This document shows positions 49,307 through 60,306 of a stretch of DNA of 64,000 nucleotides, piece after piece. The DNA comes from Amoebophrya sp. A120 (lineage: Eukaryota; Protista; Dinoflagellata), in contig CAJINV010000018.1 of the NCBI GenBank assembly GCA_905178155.1, positions 786,609 to 850,608 of the forward strand, read 5' to 3'. A model generated the notes under the pieces. The model was not told where the DNA came from, did not search any database, and saw only the letters and a program-made list of their open reading frames with translations. A program made the position numbers and the translations under genes. Each line of letters starts with the position of its first letter. Positions within the stretch are counted from its first letter, which is position 1.

Positions 49307-52300
49307 TCACAGCTCATCCCCCGGGAGCTCTCCATCGAGTGCCACCTCTCCGCCGCCCCCGCTCCCCCTCGTCCTCGAATACTTCCCCAAGATCTCGGTC
49401 GCGATCCGTGTCGCGATTTCCACCGTATCCGTGTTCACCGGTATCGTAAGGAAAAATCCCCCCTCCCCATATCGAAAAGGCACGCCTCAGAGAATTTGCG
49501 ATGCTGATTTCTGACCACGAATCGCGTCTGTCTTGCAAGAAAGCAACGGCATAGGCTTCGCTCCATTATGCAGGCGGTTTGTGATGCTGTTGGGCCTACA
49601 GCATAGACGTTCCTCATGCTAAGTGCCTAGGCCACGACCTCTCTACATTGGCATGATATGGTCCTGCAGTCCTCTACTACAAGACAAATCTGATTTGTGT
49701 ACGCAAATCCAGCATCAGAAATTTCGTTTTGATGTGGGAAGGGGGGATTTGTCATTTTGATAACCGGTGCGACGAGATCGTGTCGAATTTTCCGCGCGTA
49801 GAACTCGTCGACGCACTTCTGGGCGAGTTTGCGCTCGTATGCTAGTGGACAAGGACTTCCCCTCTTTTACTTAACAAGTATCTCATTTGTATAGCTAGAT
49901 AAGCAGCAACAGAAACAACAGCAGAAACCGAAGACAGTACGTAGTCCTCTTATCTTGACTTCCTCTTTTTCAGTTACCAAGTGTGTATCCGATCAGGATT
50001 TGGTATTTCCCATCACAAATGAGGCCAACATCAAGGGCAGCAGCACGTCCAATCGTCCACTAGCATAGCTCGTTGCGAATTTCGTGCACGAGTGCGTGTG
50101 TCACCGGGTCGTTGGAGTACTTTTCGTAGTGGACCAACTTCGGTTGGTTCTTCGGCGTCTCCAGCTCCTTGTACAGGTCTATGAGGCTCTGAACTGTTAC
50201 ATTCTACTCAATTGCTACACGAATTTGTCATGTAAAACTACCTTAAGCCGCCAGATGATCAAGTGGCTACGCATGACAAATCTACGAAGGGCCGAACAGG
50301 ACGTAAATCTGTGCCAAATCTGTGATGCGAAAGCAGCAATCTTGCCGCTTCGGTTGTTGGTGTTCTTGCATTACAAATTCATGTAACAGTTGAGAATGTA
50401 ACGTTTGAGAACCCCATAAGATCCAGGCACGCGTTCTGTATCGCGTTGTAGATTTGAATATCCTGTTTATCAAGAGTAAAAATGTCTGGGTCTGGAAGAA
50501 TGCATGTTTGTCATGCTTGTCTGGCATGACTCTTAAGTCTGTCATGCACGTTACCCAAGAGCCCCACTTTTCTGTGATGCAGAAACGCAGTTTGTCATGC
50601 AGAATAGGCAACACCTAGAAGCTCAAAAACTTGTCATGCTGAGCCAGCATTTGTAGCCTCATCATGAGACGCCACCCAGCATCACAAGTTTCCAGACCCA
50701 GACATTTTTACAGTTGATACTGTTGCAGCTTGTCCGAATCGGTGATTTTTTTTCCGTATCCTGTGCAAAAGCATCGTATTCATATAAATGCAAGTCTTGC
50801 ATTACAAATTTTTTTCTCAAAGTAAATCAGCATGACAAATTTTATTTCTCATGCTGAGAAAATTTGTAATGCATTTATACGAGTACGATACTTTTGCAGT
50901 TCATATTCCGCCCTGCGGTGGGACTTGATGAATTGCGCTCGCGCTCGGTTGTGCCTGCTCAAATGCCAAGTACCTCGCCTGGCGATGGCAATCCACCGTT
51001 GCGTTCGCGACAACTTCTGGTAAGTCGTAGCGGAGTATTATCGGCGGGCAGTAGGACTGCAACGGGGAATATGAAAGGGGAAAGGAACTGCATGATTTAC
51101 ATGTGCGATCTTTATTGCAGCAACGTGAGCAGAGATTTCCGCAGAAGTTCTTTTTGGACTATACTCTTAGGTCGTTAGAAATAGCATCAGTTTTGTTCCT
51201 CTTTATGCGAAAAAGCGCTTCATCTGCATAGTTTCAGTTTGTTCTCGGTCTGGCTATAGGTAAATCTAAATATTGCTGCCCGGTAGCTGCTCCGATGACC
51301 GCTTTCAGACACTGCGATTTCGATTTCATACCTCTCCGGAAAGTTCAAAGTGCCTGGCCCCGTACGGATTATCTTCGACCTGTTGATGATCATGATGTAT
51401 CATTGGAAAAAACAGTTCGTTGCCAAAGGAGATCTTCGCGCATGAGACTCCTTTTCGTTTCGGTTTCAGCTTATTGGTTCTGTTACAACTGTTTCTAACG
51501 CTCCACTAGTTCTGGTTTTGACAGGCAAGAAAGCTGAAATCAGCTGCAATTATACCTTGAACCCGTAGCGAATCATGAACTCGAGATTACTCGCCTGCGA
51601 ATATTCTATGCACATCTCTTCCCCGGCCGCGATGTCAGACGAGGCCCGGAAGGAGATAAATTCCCCCACCGCCCCCTGCTGCTTTTCTTCGCTCGTCGCG
51701 TCCGGCAACGGGTCGGGCGTCCGCACGTTGGCTTTGGGGTGGTGGTTCAAAAAGTCCGCGAGCGGTATCAACAGCGTGGAGTTTCTGCTGGTGTCAAACG
51801 CAAATCCGCGCGTTTTCACGATGCTGAAGGCCCACTTCAGCGTGAAGCGAATGCGGGCCTTGTCGGCTTTCTTCTGGAACTTCGCCGCGCCGTAGACTTT
51901 TTTGTACACCTGCTCCATGCACTCGATTTGCGTGTCCCAATCGTTTAAAATGTAGTTGAAAAAGGTCTGGTTCACCAAGGTGCGTTGGTCCTCCGAAAAC
52001 CACAAAACGTTCGCAAAATTTTTCGGCAGCAGCTGGATCCACTTGAAGAACCGGGACCGCTCCCCCTTCTGTTCCTCGTCTACCAGTCCGAGCGCCAACA
52101 TCGCGTGCGCGTCGCACGTCGTGGGGGAAGGAGAAGATGATTCCTCGTTATTCTTTTGTACGACCATCGGAGAGGAAGATGCAGATATGATCTCCTCAAA
52201 CCCTTTCGTCAGCGCGGGCGGCAAGTCCCGCAACCCGTAGGTCTGATTCACCGGCACCCGAAGAATTTCTTGCCCCCGGGGAACCGTCGCGAGTTCGTTT

Positions 52301-53407
52301 GTTCCTAGCGAAGTAGATGCTCCACCTGAGTGGTCGCTTGATCCAACACCAGCATCGAGAGATGAACCACTTATTCGGCCAGTTTTAGAGCCTGTAGTTT
52401 TTGTTGATCCACCTGCTCCCGCAATACTGCTCCTACTAGCTGTTGATCTCTTCATCGCAGTATTTGCTGCGTTCACCGCCCCGCTCCGGCCGGTCCCTAT
52501 CAAATGTAAAAATGTCTGGGTCTGGAAGATTGGAACATGTGATGCTACCTTTGGACTCTAGAAAAATCTGTATTGCATGACCAGCAAGAGGAGTCTAGTT
52601 TGTGCTACGCGGGGAGGGCGTTTGTCATGCGGAGTAGGCATCAGGAAGCCCGCTCAAAATCTGTGATGCGCGGTCGTGCATTACAGACATCCTGGGTCAT
52701 GCAAAACATGCATGACAAGTCTCAAAATCTTCCAGACCCAGACATTTTTACATTTGATAGTCCCTTCGATTTGCCGAATCTCAAAGTCGACCTTAGCGCC
52801 GCGGGCCACCATGTCTTCGATGAAGAGTAAGCGCTGATGGTGAAATATCCAAGAAAAAAACTGTGTAAGTGTAAGCTTTGTGTTGCAGAAAATGCAAAAC
52901 TGTTATACACTCGTCATGCTGGACCTGGACATGCATCAGAGGCTACTTTCGTACGTGTTTTCAAGTACTAGCTCCGCATGACAGATTTTCTGTGTCATGC
53001 AGAGCAAACTTGTGATGCTATTCCTCCAAGAAACTTACACTCACACAGTTTTTTTCCTGGATATGAAACCTCTGTCCCTCGATCGTGTCCGTGCAGCACT
53101 TTTCGTAGGTATAGATGTGATCCCAGCACAGCGGATTCCCCTGGGCGCCGGGGCTGCTGCAGCAGATTTCCGGGGTCCAACCCCCGGCCCAGCAGTCGGT
53201 GGGGGCTCTCACCGGGGCGATGGGCTCTGCGGCGTGGGCGACTTGTTGAAGGTACGTGGCTATTGGTAAAAAGAACACGATCAACATCAAACGCTGGAGC
53301 ACGGCAAAAAAGTTCGCTACACGACATGGTGCGACAGTTCCTGCGCACAGGGAAAGCTGGAACTTGGAAGACGAAGAACAAAAGAAGGCCATGATTGCCG
53401 TGGTCAT
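49307..53407 (-). CDS. SET-domain lysine methyltransferase (Rubisco LSMT/SETD3-like) with signal-peptide-like segment, Cys-rich module and C-terminal GDEL
   Basis: LIPLADFLNHH, DIAAGEEMCIEY, NLEFMIRYGFK-VEDNPY; 7 introners plus GT-AG introns 51380-51555 and 51057-51331. Confidence 0.85.
49442..49762. mobile_element. Introner family H
   Basis: DR accgg. Confidence 0.9.
49838..50067. mobile_element. Introner family K (TIR TATGCTAGTGGAC)
   Basis: Perfect 13-bp TIR; DR gctcg; removal gives RNE-RKLAQKC. Confidence 0.88.
50180..50418. mobile_element. Introner family D
   Basis: DR aggtc/agatc. Confidence 0.85.
50468..50719. mobile_element. Introner family B
   Basis: DR ctgtt. Confidence 0.9.
50757..50905. 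mobile_element. Introner family A
   Basis: DR ttccg. Confidence 0.9.
52498..52759. mobile_element. Introner family B
   Basis: DR gtccc. Confidence 0.9.
52846..53063. mobile_element. Introner family G
   Basis: DR tgaaa. Confidence 0.9.
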
Positions 53408-54384
53408 GATGCGAGAGGTGGTCGTGGTCAACCCGGAACCGCCTACCATTTTCGTTATTTGTTCCACCCCGTCTGAACCTCGTCGAGATGAATTTCTGCG
53501 TCTCGTCTTTCGTCCTCTTAATTCGAAAACAGCCGGGCGCACGTCCAACCACATTTTGAACGGTCTTCCACCTCCTCGGAAGAACTATCCAAACCAAAAC
53601 GAAAAGCAACTGCAGCCCAATCACACGACGGAGCTTTTGGCTAAGCAGGTGTGTGTCCAGATCGACGCCCGGGTTTTTTTGCGTAGCAACATTGTTTCTT
53701 GAATGATGTGTGCGTGGTGTGCCCCGCCTTCTACTATTTACACTCAGACGCAATTGCACTCGTTTTTTAGCTTTGTTGAGGAGAAGTCCCTGAGTCGACA
53801 GTTTATTCCCAGGGTTCAGAAAAAAAAGGAGGAGCGAAACGAACAGCGCTCGTCTTGTTGTTGTGGTGGTGCAAAAATCAAGAACACAAGAAAAGTCAAC
53901 CAAGCGTGGGTGACGAAAAGCAGTAAGAAATAAGAGATCAACATCAGGACACGCAAGCAACAAACGGCAAAAAACGACAAAGCCGCGACACAAGAGATGA
54001 AACAAACCAAGAAGACCTCCGAATAGTTAGTTCATCGTGATCATTATTGCGCGATCTAATTTTCTGCACGTCTGCTTCGGCTTCCGCTTCCACGCTCTCG
54101 GTCAGCTGTGAAATTGAATCAGATGCAGATCCAGTTCCAGACCACTTGGGGCAACGAAATAAAACACGGGAGATCGATTTGGATTTGATGAAGTGATCAT
54201 TTCTATTCTAACACGACGTACGAAGGAGCCGAGGCGGAACCCTTGTATTTCTTCTTGACGGTTGTGCCATCCTTTTTCTCATTATTTTTTCGATACTTTA
54301 TTCTCGCATCAATCACAGTAGTTCATCGAAGACCTTCGATGTCCAGCTGAAATCTCCAAACCCCCGCGTCCGCCTCGCGACGGC

Positions 54385-57300
54385 TCAGGATATCGAACAG
54401 GACGCCGTCAATTTTCTTTTACCACCTCGCTGTTTTTCATTTCTTGCAACACGACCCCCATTTTCACCTTCCGCGTCAAAAAAGCCCTCCTCGTCCGGAA
54501 CAAAGAGTTCTTTGAACCCCAATGGCAATCCACTTTCCCGGTCCTGCAGCATGAGCCGCAGTTTGCGGATCCGGTCACAGGCGTGTTTCTGCAGGGTGAA
54601 ATCGCGATTGGCGGTCGTCCCAGCAGTTCCCGTGCCGCTCTTGCTGAACATCGGCAAGTATGAGCGGCAAAAGTGTCTGGGTCTGGAAAATTGCGAGATT
54701 TGTCATGCTTGTCTGGCATGACCAAAAAGTTTGTCATGCGTGTCCAAGAGACCCTTTTGCCGGTCATGCAGTCATGCGAAAAACGCAACACAAAGAAGCG
54801 CAGATATTTCTCATGCTTGGTGGTGCATTACAGAGCATTCACTGTTTCCAATGCAGCATTACAAGTTTCCAGACCCAGACACTTTTGCATTTGATAGCAA
54901 GCTGTTCTCAATCGGAAACGGCGTGCCACTCGGATCACGCTCCTCCTGCGAAGAGGTATTCATTTTGCTGACCCAGACAAGATATGGATTGTAAAAATGT
55001 CTGGGTCTGGATGAATGCATGTTTGTCATGCTTGTCTGGCATGAGTCTTACATCTGTCATGCACGTTACCCAAGAGCTCCATTTTTCTGTGATGCAGGAA
55101 GCAGTTTGTCATGCAGAATAGGCAACACCTAGAAGCTCAAACACTTGTCATGCTGAGCCAGCATTTGTAGCCTCATCATGAGACGCCACCCAGCATCACA
55201 AGTTTCCAGACCCAGACATTTTTACAGTTGATACAAGAGCGTCCAAAATCCTGTTCATCTGGACGAAATGCTGCGCGATGTTGTGGTTGTTGTCGTGCAG
55301 CTGCTCCATATGTTTAGCTGTAGTTGCATTTGTATTTGCTTGAATTTTACCTTCGGCAGAACTGTCGTCACCACCCTGCTCGTCTTGTTCACGCATCGAC
55401 ATTTTTGTTCTTGTTTGCTCAAGACGTAGCAGGCCCTCCGCCACGACCTCGGCATGGATTTGTGCCCTGCGCAGCATGATATCCAGAACCTCCAACCCAA
55501 CGCACCAGAGAAAGTCGTGCTCCAAGCAGTTTCCAGCCACACTCACGGTGCGCGCGCCGGGCAGGTTTCCCAGGTTTGCGGTTTTGAGGAAGCAAACATC
55601 CAGGTCGCTTTCGCGTGCTCGCTATCAAATGTAAAAATGTCTGGGTCTGGAAACTTGTGATGCTAAAAGTGAACGAGAGTTCCACTGCAATACGGAGCCA
55701 AGCATGACAAATTTTTTGGGCTCCTATGTGTTACGTGTTCCGCATGGCAAACTGCGTGTTTGCATCACAGAGAAGAGGACCGCTTCGTGCCCATGCATCA
55801 CAGATTCTTGAGTCATGTCAGACACGCATGACAAATGTAGGAATCTTCCAGACCCAGACATTTTTGCATTTCATACTCGCAAAATCTCGATAAACTCACT
55901 TTCCAATGGAGAGGGCTGGTTCGCTTCTGTCGTTCTTTCATCATGTTGGGAGTGCTGGTCGCGGCTCGATTGTAATTCAGTTCTTGTGCCACTGGTCGTG
56001 AGGCCTCCGCTCTGGGCCCCCTGCTGCTGCCTTTGCCTCTTAATTTTGTTTACGTGCGCAAGAGTGATCAGCTTATCGACTGCAAATTTGCAATTCTCAT
56101 GCCTGGACCGGCACGCACGGAAAAAGTAAAAATTGAAGTAGGAGTAGCTCCTACTACTTGCGAGGCATTCTTTATTTTACGAGATGATCACGATCAACTC
56201 TTAGACTGAGTCTAGCTACAGACTCATGTTCTAGGGCTAGACGCGCCTCTGTCTCCCATACTTTTTCCCAGCACAGCCTCCAGCACGACAATATTTCCGG
56301 TCCTCTTCCTTACAAGTGTAGAATTCCGAACAGGACATGAGTGTAGTGCGAAGGCTATCAAATGCAAAGATGTCTGGGTCTGGAAGATTCCGAAACTTGT
56401 CATGCAGATTTTCCATGATCCATGTCATCTGGAATGCAGGAACTAGCATGACAGATTCTGTGGGATTCCTATCATGCCTACTTATCCTGCATGAGAAACT
56501 TCCTCTCAGCTCCGTCAAAAGTGGACAACTTTTGGCATTCATGCAACACAGATTTTTGCATGATCCAGAATTAGCATCACAAGGTGCAACCTTCCAGACC
56601 CAGACATTTTTGCATTTGATAAAGGCAGAGTGTGAAGCGGGAGTTGGTGCGTAAAACTTCGAGGAGTCAAGTCCTCTATCCTGTGCGTTGCGGTTCCCGG
56701 CCCCGCCATGGAGGGCGTCGTCACCGTGATCCCCACCTTCGGGTCGAGCGCTTGTGCCCTTCCAAGCCACAATCTGTCATCCTCGGTAAGGAGTCCGTCT
56801 GGTTCTACCGCTCGTTTCCCACGAGAATCGTCGGGCTCGAAACACTGTTTGTGTTTGATATTCTCCCGTCGTATTGCCACCGTGTCGCTCAGCTGTACGT
56901 AGTTTAAACAGACTCGCGGAATGAGAAACAGACTGTCCTGCTCGCCGTTCTCTGCAGCTTGGCCTTTCGAGGACGTGGTAGAAGTTCTTGCATACGTCGT
57001 GGTAGTACCACCTGCAGCAGTCCGCCGGCGAGGCTTTTTTGCCAACAGCAGCCTCTTATCCTGTGCAAAAGTATCGCACTCGTACTAATTGCAATCTTGC
57101 ATGACAAACCTACCTTTTTACCTGAATTAGCATTACAAATTCCACTATTCTTTCTGATAAAATTTGTATATGCAATTTATAGATACTACGTACGATACTT
57201 TTGCAATGCATACCTCTTTACCACCGCTAAACTCAAGGTCGGTTCCGAGTAGAGCCCTTGCAAAAGCGTATCTGAGTAAAAACGTACCCACACCAGAGCT

Positions 57301-59589
57301 GTAATGCAGATTTGCAAAGACAGGAAGACTTGTAATGCGCATCCCCATGAGAGCCATTTCCAATCGTGTTTTGGAATTTGTGATGCTGTGAACAGGATCA
57401 GCAGATGAATCTGTGATGCGGCTGCACTTGCTAACCTGCACTACACTGCAGAGTGCAACTTGTCATGTGTGACTCACAAAACTCCTAGGTTTGTGTTGCA
57501 AAATCCCCATCCTGACTCTGGTGTGGGTACTACGTTTTTACTGAGGATAAAGCGTCCACAGTGCGGGTCGCTGACCGCACAGGAAAGTCGTGACTGAAGG
57601 GTCGTTTGCGTTATCTTCTACTACCGAAGTAGATGCGGCTTGTTCTGCAACACCAACAGTGTACGGATTTTGTGCGGAGAGATGAACGTCCTCCGCTTGC
57701 TTGGAAAAGACACTCCGGTCCGTGATACAACTTGTAGTTCTTGCAGTTTCATCGGAACTTGCCTCCCGTTCCACTTCTAGCGTCTTCGGCTGTTCCGTAA
57801 ATTTCTGGCCGAGAGCCATCTTGGTGAGGTCCATGTCCAGATAGGAACAGGAAAGCAAGGAGCGCGGCGGTATGTAGCTGAACAAATTGAAGCACGACAA
57901 ATTCGTGTCCTTCCGTGTTTGCGAAGAAGAAGAAGGAGCTTCACGTGGGCCGTGCCCAACTTGTTCTACTTCCGGCGTAAAATTATGATCCGCGATATTT
58001 TTATGCATTGCCAGCGGGTACCACTTGACAAAAGCTGCGATCAAATTTCGCTGCCGCGATTCAAAGATTTCCCTGGTCTCGGGCAAAACGACGCCGGCAG
58101 GAACGGCTAGCGCATTTCCATTTGGACGGAGCAGATCAGCGCTTTTGAACCCGCCTGCTAGGTCATTCATCAGAACGCCGCATTCCTTCGAGGCCTTGCT
58201 TCGCAGCTCCACTCCGGAGCGCGGGTCGTCCCGGGGTACGGACAGATCCATCGGCAGCTGCTCAGTGTGGCGATTCAGGTTGGCCAGGGCGTACAGCAGC
58301 GACGTGCGGTCGATTTTCTTGGGTGTTCCACTAGTTTGCCGCCACTCGTAGCACGCTTCAGGCGTCCTTGCAGCGGCATAATTCAGTGGCGCATCTGAAA
58401 CAAGGTCGTGAACGGCCCCGCTTCGAATTTTTGCCTCCTGCTCCTGCATAATTTCTTCTTGACTTTTCGTCCCTTCGTGGTTGTCTTGCGTCATTCGCTG
58501 CTCCACTTGCGCACACATCTGCTCCCACACGCCGAAGTAGACAAACACATTCGCGTGCCACGCGTTTCCGGCCACGTGCGGATGGAAGAGTATTCCCTGA
58601 AAATGACCCATCCCCACCCACTTTTTGCATGACAAACACGATGATTTTATGTATGTTTTGCATGACAAATTGGATGGGGATGGGTAATTTTCGGGGAATA
58701 AAGAGCGCCCGCCAAAAACACACGGGAAAGCCGTTCACGAAGACCCTGCACGGGTCCTCATCGACAGGGAAAGGAACAACGGCACAGCTACCGCCACTGG
58801 AGGCATCTTGTTCTATGCCGTGTCGTGGCAATGTAGCATTACGATTACGTTCGGTCGCCTTCGGGTAGCGGCGCTGCGTGTTGCGGTCGCCGTAAACGTC
58901 GACCGCTTCTTTGTCGAAAAATGCTTCCCAGTGCTTCTTATGGATTGTGGAAACTTGTGATGCTGGGCGGCGCATCATGAAGAGGCCACAAGTGCTGGCT
59001 CAGCATGACAAGCTTTTGAGCTTCTAGGTGTTCTTGCCTATTCTGCATGACAAACTGTGTTTCTGCATGACAGCAAAGTGGGGCTCTTGGGTAAAAACGT
59101 GCATGACAGATTTAAGAGTCATGCCAGACTAGCATGACAGAGCTCGCATTCTTCCAGACCCAGACATTTTTGCATTTGATACTTCTCGACCAGTCGATAG
59201 GTGTAGTCCGGGATGAGTTTTGTAGAGTCCTGCAGCTCAACCTCATCATCTTGATCCTGACCCTCAAGCGGTTGGTCATCATGACCGCCCTCGAAAGAAC
59301 TGCTAGCGTCAGGAGCACCACGATCCCTATGCTGCTGGTCCTGGTCGTTCCTGGTGTTCCTGATCCTCGGGTCAGCGTCATTACAAGAAGACGGCCCCAA
59401 CACGGCGAACAGCTGCCAGGGCGCCTTGCGCGTGGCGCCCAGACTGACTTTCAAGTACTGCACGGTGTTCGGTCTGAGAAAGGGGGCGGGAGTATCGAAA
59501 AGCGTGACGCTGGCAAACTCCGGGTCGTTTGGCTCGAGCAGGTCGTAGGGGACAACGTCATTCCCGAGGTTGCGGAGGAAGACACGCAT
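54385..59589 (-). CDS. Large hypothetical protein; may be two genes split near 56100-56240; 5' end uncertain
   Basis: ORFs separated by 8 introners; frame verified across the three 3'-most ones. Confidence 0.55.
54659..54896. mobile_element. Introner family B
   Basis: DR gcaag. Confidence 0.9.
54983..55233. mobile_element. Introner family B
   Basis: DR caaga. Confidence 0.9.
55623..55875. mobile_element. Introner family B
   Basis: DR ctcgc. Confidence 0.9.
56356..56621. mobile_element. Introner family B
   Basis: DR aaggc. Confidence 0.9.
57057..57212. mobile_element. Introner family A
   Basis: DR cctct. Confidence 0.9.
57269..57549. mobile_element. Introner family C
   Basis: DR aagcg. 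Confidence 0.9.
58591..58700. mobile_element. Introner family F variant
   Basis: DR aagag; outer TIR differs from other F copies at both ends. Confidence 0.9.
58939..59181. mobile_element. Introner family B with left TIR core deleted
   Basis: DR cttct; tatggattg joined directly to tggaaacttgtg. Confidence 0.85.
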
Positions 59590-60306
59590 CTTTATAGAGT
59601 TGTAGTGTGCTGTTGCACTTGTACTTACTACACCTCGCTCCTTTTGTCTTTTGTGGATCTGAAGTTCATCGTACTTCCTAGCATACTGTCAGATGCAGAT
59701 CCAGTTCTCACCACACCTATAGACGAACACGAACAGCAGAGATGAGCAGTCGTCCACCACCACTGATCTTGTTACTAGGTTGATGATTGAAGATAGCGCG
59801 GCACACAAAAATTTTTCGAATGTTCAGCGCCCTGCATGTTGCGCTTTTTCTTGGAAAAAATCCACCTAAGAACAAAGACAAACTCAGACTTCAGACGATG
59901 TAAGAGTGAGAAGAAGTCCAGTTCTTTCACGCCCCTGCAACCGCGGTTGCAGTTTGAGCAGGCGATGGACTATCATCATCATCAATTTGATTCCCAGCAT
60001 CCTCCAACAAGTTCTGTCTCTTCGCCGCCAGCCGCTGCTTCAGCACCTTCCACAGCCGTTCCCGAGTCTATGCTGGGTGAAAGAATGTCAAGTCGAAAGT
60101 CTTGTATACGTACAATTGTACAAATTTCCGTCGAAGATGGTGCTGCTGATCGCCAGTGAAATTAACATCAGATGCCTCCACGCCAAAGAGTTGCAGTGCT
60201 CATGCAGCAAAGTCGAGAAGCAAACGAAGCTATTGCTATTGTGCTTTCTTGCATTTCAATCGTACCACGTACTAGGCACAGACCTCAAGAGCAGATGCAT
60301 CTGATC

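Noticed and set aside
10278-50423. DR mismatches seeming to fall only at central positions
   Set aside because: Too few cases, ascertainment bias, and tgcag/cacag at 42543 is a counterexample
204-59183. Many short ORFs sharing FPDPDIFAF, QKYRT, LCKSIAL, MSGSG or CKNVWVWK peptides, resembling a protein family
   Set aside because: They are translations of introner TIRs in different frames
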